Shown here: in pieces, positions 60,855 to 64,000 of the stretch | Numbering within the stretch: the first letter of the stretch is position 1 | How the letters are laid out: every line of letters begins with the position of its first letter | Origin: Macrostomum hystrix | Taxonomy: Eukaryota > Animalia > Platyhelminthes | NCBI GenBank assembly: GCA_950097015.1 | Contig: CATNEN010000001.1 | Location: 23,870,001-23,934,000, forward strand | DNA: 64,000 bases | Direction: 5' to 3' | The notes under the pieces: model-generated | What the model was told of the DNA's origin: nothing | Databases searched by the model: none | What the model saw: the letters and a program-made list of their open reading frames with translations, nothing else | Made by a program: the position numbers and the translations under genes

Positions 60855-61655
60855 AGTGTGACTAACCTGTATGACTATCCTGTGTGACTAACCTGTGTGA
60901 CTAACCTGTGTGACTAACCTGTGTGACTAACCTGTGTGACTAACCTGTGTGACTAACCTGTGTGACTATCCTGTGTGACTAACCTGTGTGACTATCCTGT
61001 GTGACTAACCTGTGTGACTATCCTGTGTGACTATCCTGTGCGACTGTCCTGCATGACTGCCATCAATCCTCACATGTCCAGCTGCATGACTGCCATCAAT
61101 CCTCACATGTCCAGCTGCATGACTGCCATCAATCCTCACATGTCCAGCTGCATGACTGCCATCAATCCTCACATGTCCAACTGCATGGCTGCCATCAATC
61201 CTCACATGTCCAGCTGCATGACTGCCATCAATCCTCACATGTCCAGCTGCATGGCTGCCATCAATCCTCACATGTCCAGCTGCATGACTGCCATCAATCC
61301 TCACATGTCCAACTGCATGACTGCCATCAATCCTCACATGTCCAGCTGCATGACTGCCATCAATCCTCACATGTCCAGCTGCATGACTGCCATCAATCCT
61401 CACATGTCCAGCTGCATGACTGCCATCAATCCTCACATGTCCAGCTGCATGACTGCCGTCAATCCTCACATGTCCAGCTGCATGGCTGCCATCAATCCTC
61501 ACATGTCCAGCTGCATGGCTGCCATCAATCCTCACATGTCCAGCTGCATGACTCCCATCAATCCTCACATGTCCAGCTGCATGACTCCCATCAATCCTCA
61601 CATGTCCAGCTGCATGACCCCCATCAATCCTCACATGTCCAGCTGCATGACTGCC
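60855..61655. repeat. Two abutting minisatellites: 13 bp (ctgtgtgactaac) then 33 bp (ctgcatgactgccatcaatcctcacatgtccag)
   Basis: Tandem copies, with the unit switching at ~61048. Confidence 0.95.
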
Positions 61656-61756
61656 CAGTATGACAGATTTATGCAGTATCAATCTCGCTCATCAAGCCTT
61701 GCATCCCGACTGAGTTCACTTCGAAGTCCAACTCTAATTTCCCTAGTGACCTTCAA

Positions 61757-61894
61757 CAGGCGTGCCCTGTTATTAGGAGGTCTGACACTCTTTGTAGCTT
61801 CGATGATGTATCTCTGTTCACTAACATCCCTCTCTGGCTGAACTCGCCACTGAGCTGGTGTACAAAAGGAATCTCCTTCTTTGGACGCTCTTAA
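61757..61894 (+). mobile_element. Degenerate Penelope-like reverse transcriptase fragment
   Basis: 61793-61831 translates CSFDDVSLFTNIP, matching the PLE RT motif SFDVxSLFTNIP. This is a single motif and the element boundaries are unknown. Confidence 0.55.
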
Positions 61895-62100
61895 CGCGGA
61901 GAATCAGTAAGCAGTCATTTTCAGCAAGCCATCGTGTCAATATCCATGCTTATGGCCTCATAATAGGAGCTATTTTTCATTTTTATCTTTTTTACTCGTA
62001 TCATGTAATCATTTTTTTCATTAACGATTGCCAATAGGGTGCTAATTTATTGTTTATTTGCATTTGCGTACGAACTACGGCGATAAATAAAAATAATTAG

Positions 62101-62719
62101 GATGTCAATGGACAGACTTGTGCGATTCAGAGCCTTAGGGCAAAGTTTGAGGTGAGAGTTAAGCTCTTGTGCTCGAGATTAACCAGTGCTTCTGACGCAA
62201 ATATTTTTTCGACATCTAAAAAAGTTCTCAGTGCATTGAGCTGAAGCAAGCCTCGACACTCCCTCGCATTCAACCCTTCCCCAGTCTCCAAGCTGCCCCA
62301 AACTGGCTGGCAAGCCAAAAGTGTTCTTCGTTCAAGCCTGCCGTGGCTATGGCCATGACGAGGGCGATCGCTGGGTGGTCGACGCCCGTCCGATGGCCGA
62401 GCTTCCTGTCCGACCGCAGCTGGAACTGACGGGCCGTCCGGCAAAAGCGGACTTTCTTGTCTGCTACGCGACGACCGAGGGCCACAGCGCCTACAGAAGA
62501 ACTGAGTCGGGTTCGCTCTACATTCGGACCCTGTGCGAGTTCATTGAGAGGAGCTACAAAGAAGAGGACTTGGTGCAAATAGTGACCCGGGTGAACAGGC
62601 ACATGAACCTGAACCCCGTCCAGGACGGAAGCCCGACGTACTTCTGCGTGGCTCAAATGGTACACCAGCTCAGCCACAAAGTCTCGCTAGATCCGAGTAG
62701 AGCTGCTTCTCCTCCATAA
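62101..62719 (+). CDS. Caspase, 3' portion only (end of p20 plus p10); exons 62101-62151 and 62285-62719; 5' exons not found, possibly a pseudogene
   Basis: DVNGQTCAIQSLRAKFE|SPSCPKLAGKPKVFFVQACRG across a phase-0 junction, then ADFLVCYATTEG..AYR...GSLYIRTLC. Confidence 0.8.
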
Positions 62720-64000
62720 GCGGATTGAGATATGCTCAATATCTAGCTCCAAGCATGTGCCTGAGTAGCGGTATTAAGTAATGCCCAAATAACTTGTACT
62801 TAATTATAATGGTGCTCATTACTTGTATTGCAATGTTAAAAGTTGCTCAGTTGTATAATACAGAAAGCTGTTCAATTTTCGAAGCTGGGCATTCTTACAG
62901 CTCATTCAACATTCTGTAGGCATACAGTATATGCTGCTGGGTGTTCACTTATTTCATTCCTTAAACTCGAAATAATAGCAGCAGCTTTTCTGGTTTGGAC
63001 CGGTTTAGCTACCATCCGAACTGGATTGCAGCTTGCAAGCAAAAGCTTTTCATTTTAAACGTTTCGCATCGAACATCGTTTTGCTTACATGTCAACTATA
63101 CATGTTTTTGTAGCTAGCCTACGCGTGCAGCCTACGGGTTGTGACACCACTTTAACAAATCGATGCAAAAATGTAAGTAAAAAATCTAAAACAAACGACC
63201 CGAAGCGACAAGCAATACATTGACAACTTGAGTGTTCTTGAGTTGTGATTGCAGCGGTATGGGATACAACTCCAATTTAATGAAAGTTTATCAAACTAGA
63301 CAGCTTGCTGGTATTTGCTAGTGCATTTAGACCCTGGGTATGAGGAAGATTTGCCAAGGGAGAAAATCTATAACCATCCAGCTGCCACTTCAAAACTGCA
63401 TCTCTTCCAGTCCACCAGCTCTCTACATATTAGAGCTACGTTGATGGAGCTGAGCAAAAAACTTGAGTCACAGTGTTTTTTGTGGAGAATTCTGACCTGT
63501 CATGTCAAATTATTGGCGGAACTGATTTTAAAGAAATATTTAAAATAAAAAATTTAAATATTTTTTAATTCTTTTTCATACTGCATTTAACCTGACTGTT
63601 GAAAAAGCATGCATGGGATATGTGTTCTAGCAATTAATTGAATCAGACAACTCATTGTCCCCAGTGAAACTAAAGACTTGTAGAGCTAGAACATCATTAA
63701 ATAAAAAGCTGAAAGTTTCATTTCAGACAAAAAATGGTCGTAGAAATATTTTTAAACTTAATAAAGCAATTAAACTTTCAGATGCATCAGTTCCAGGCTA
63801 GGAATTATTTGTTGCTAAACAAGCGTGCCCTGTTCTGTTTTCAAGTAGTTTTTCTTCTAATCTCCCAATCCGGCGCGCACCAGGTAGACTCCAGAGATGC
63901 TGCTCACACTGGCTGGCAGGGCGCCAGTCCTGAGCAGGTAGCATAGCAACTGTTGCTGGCTGAAAAACACTGCCTGGCAGTTGTTGTTGGCCTGGCAACG

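Overview
Eukaryotic (metazoan) genomic DNA. GC-rich exons sit among AT-rich spacers, GT-AG introns filled with locus-specific minisatellites, a ~5.3 kb satellite and 8 copies of one tRNA-derived SINE. The style suggests a free-living flatworm such as Macrostomum (inference only). Genes rebuilt by hand from splice sites and phases: a DUF229/alkaline-phosphatase-fold protein (-), a truncated ankyrin pseudogene (+), a Snail-family C2H2 factor with no visible SNAG motif (+), a secreted PLA2 (-), a DHHC palmitoyltransferase (-), a compact co-oriented run HROB - UROD - LOTUS/Tudor (TDRD5/7-like) - ORC1 (+), a 7-exon gene joining two ankyrin modules to a MAP3K/STE-like kinase (+), and orphan 3' exons of a caspase (+). 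The most interesting signals are: (1) the ankyrin-kinase next to a headless caspase; (2) an RFX X-box at the same intron position in both ankyrin paralogues 49 kb apart; (3) a possible SL-trans-spliced operon; (4) a structured SINE, one copy carrying a nested hAT MITE that itself carries a minisatellite; (5) a 2.2 kb foldback structure. Most long ORFs in the supplied track are translations of tandem repeats.
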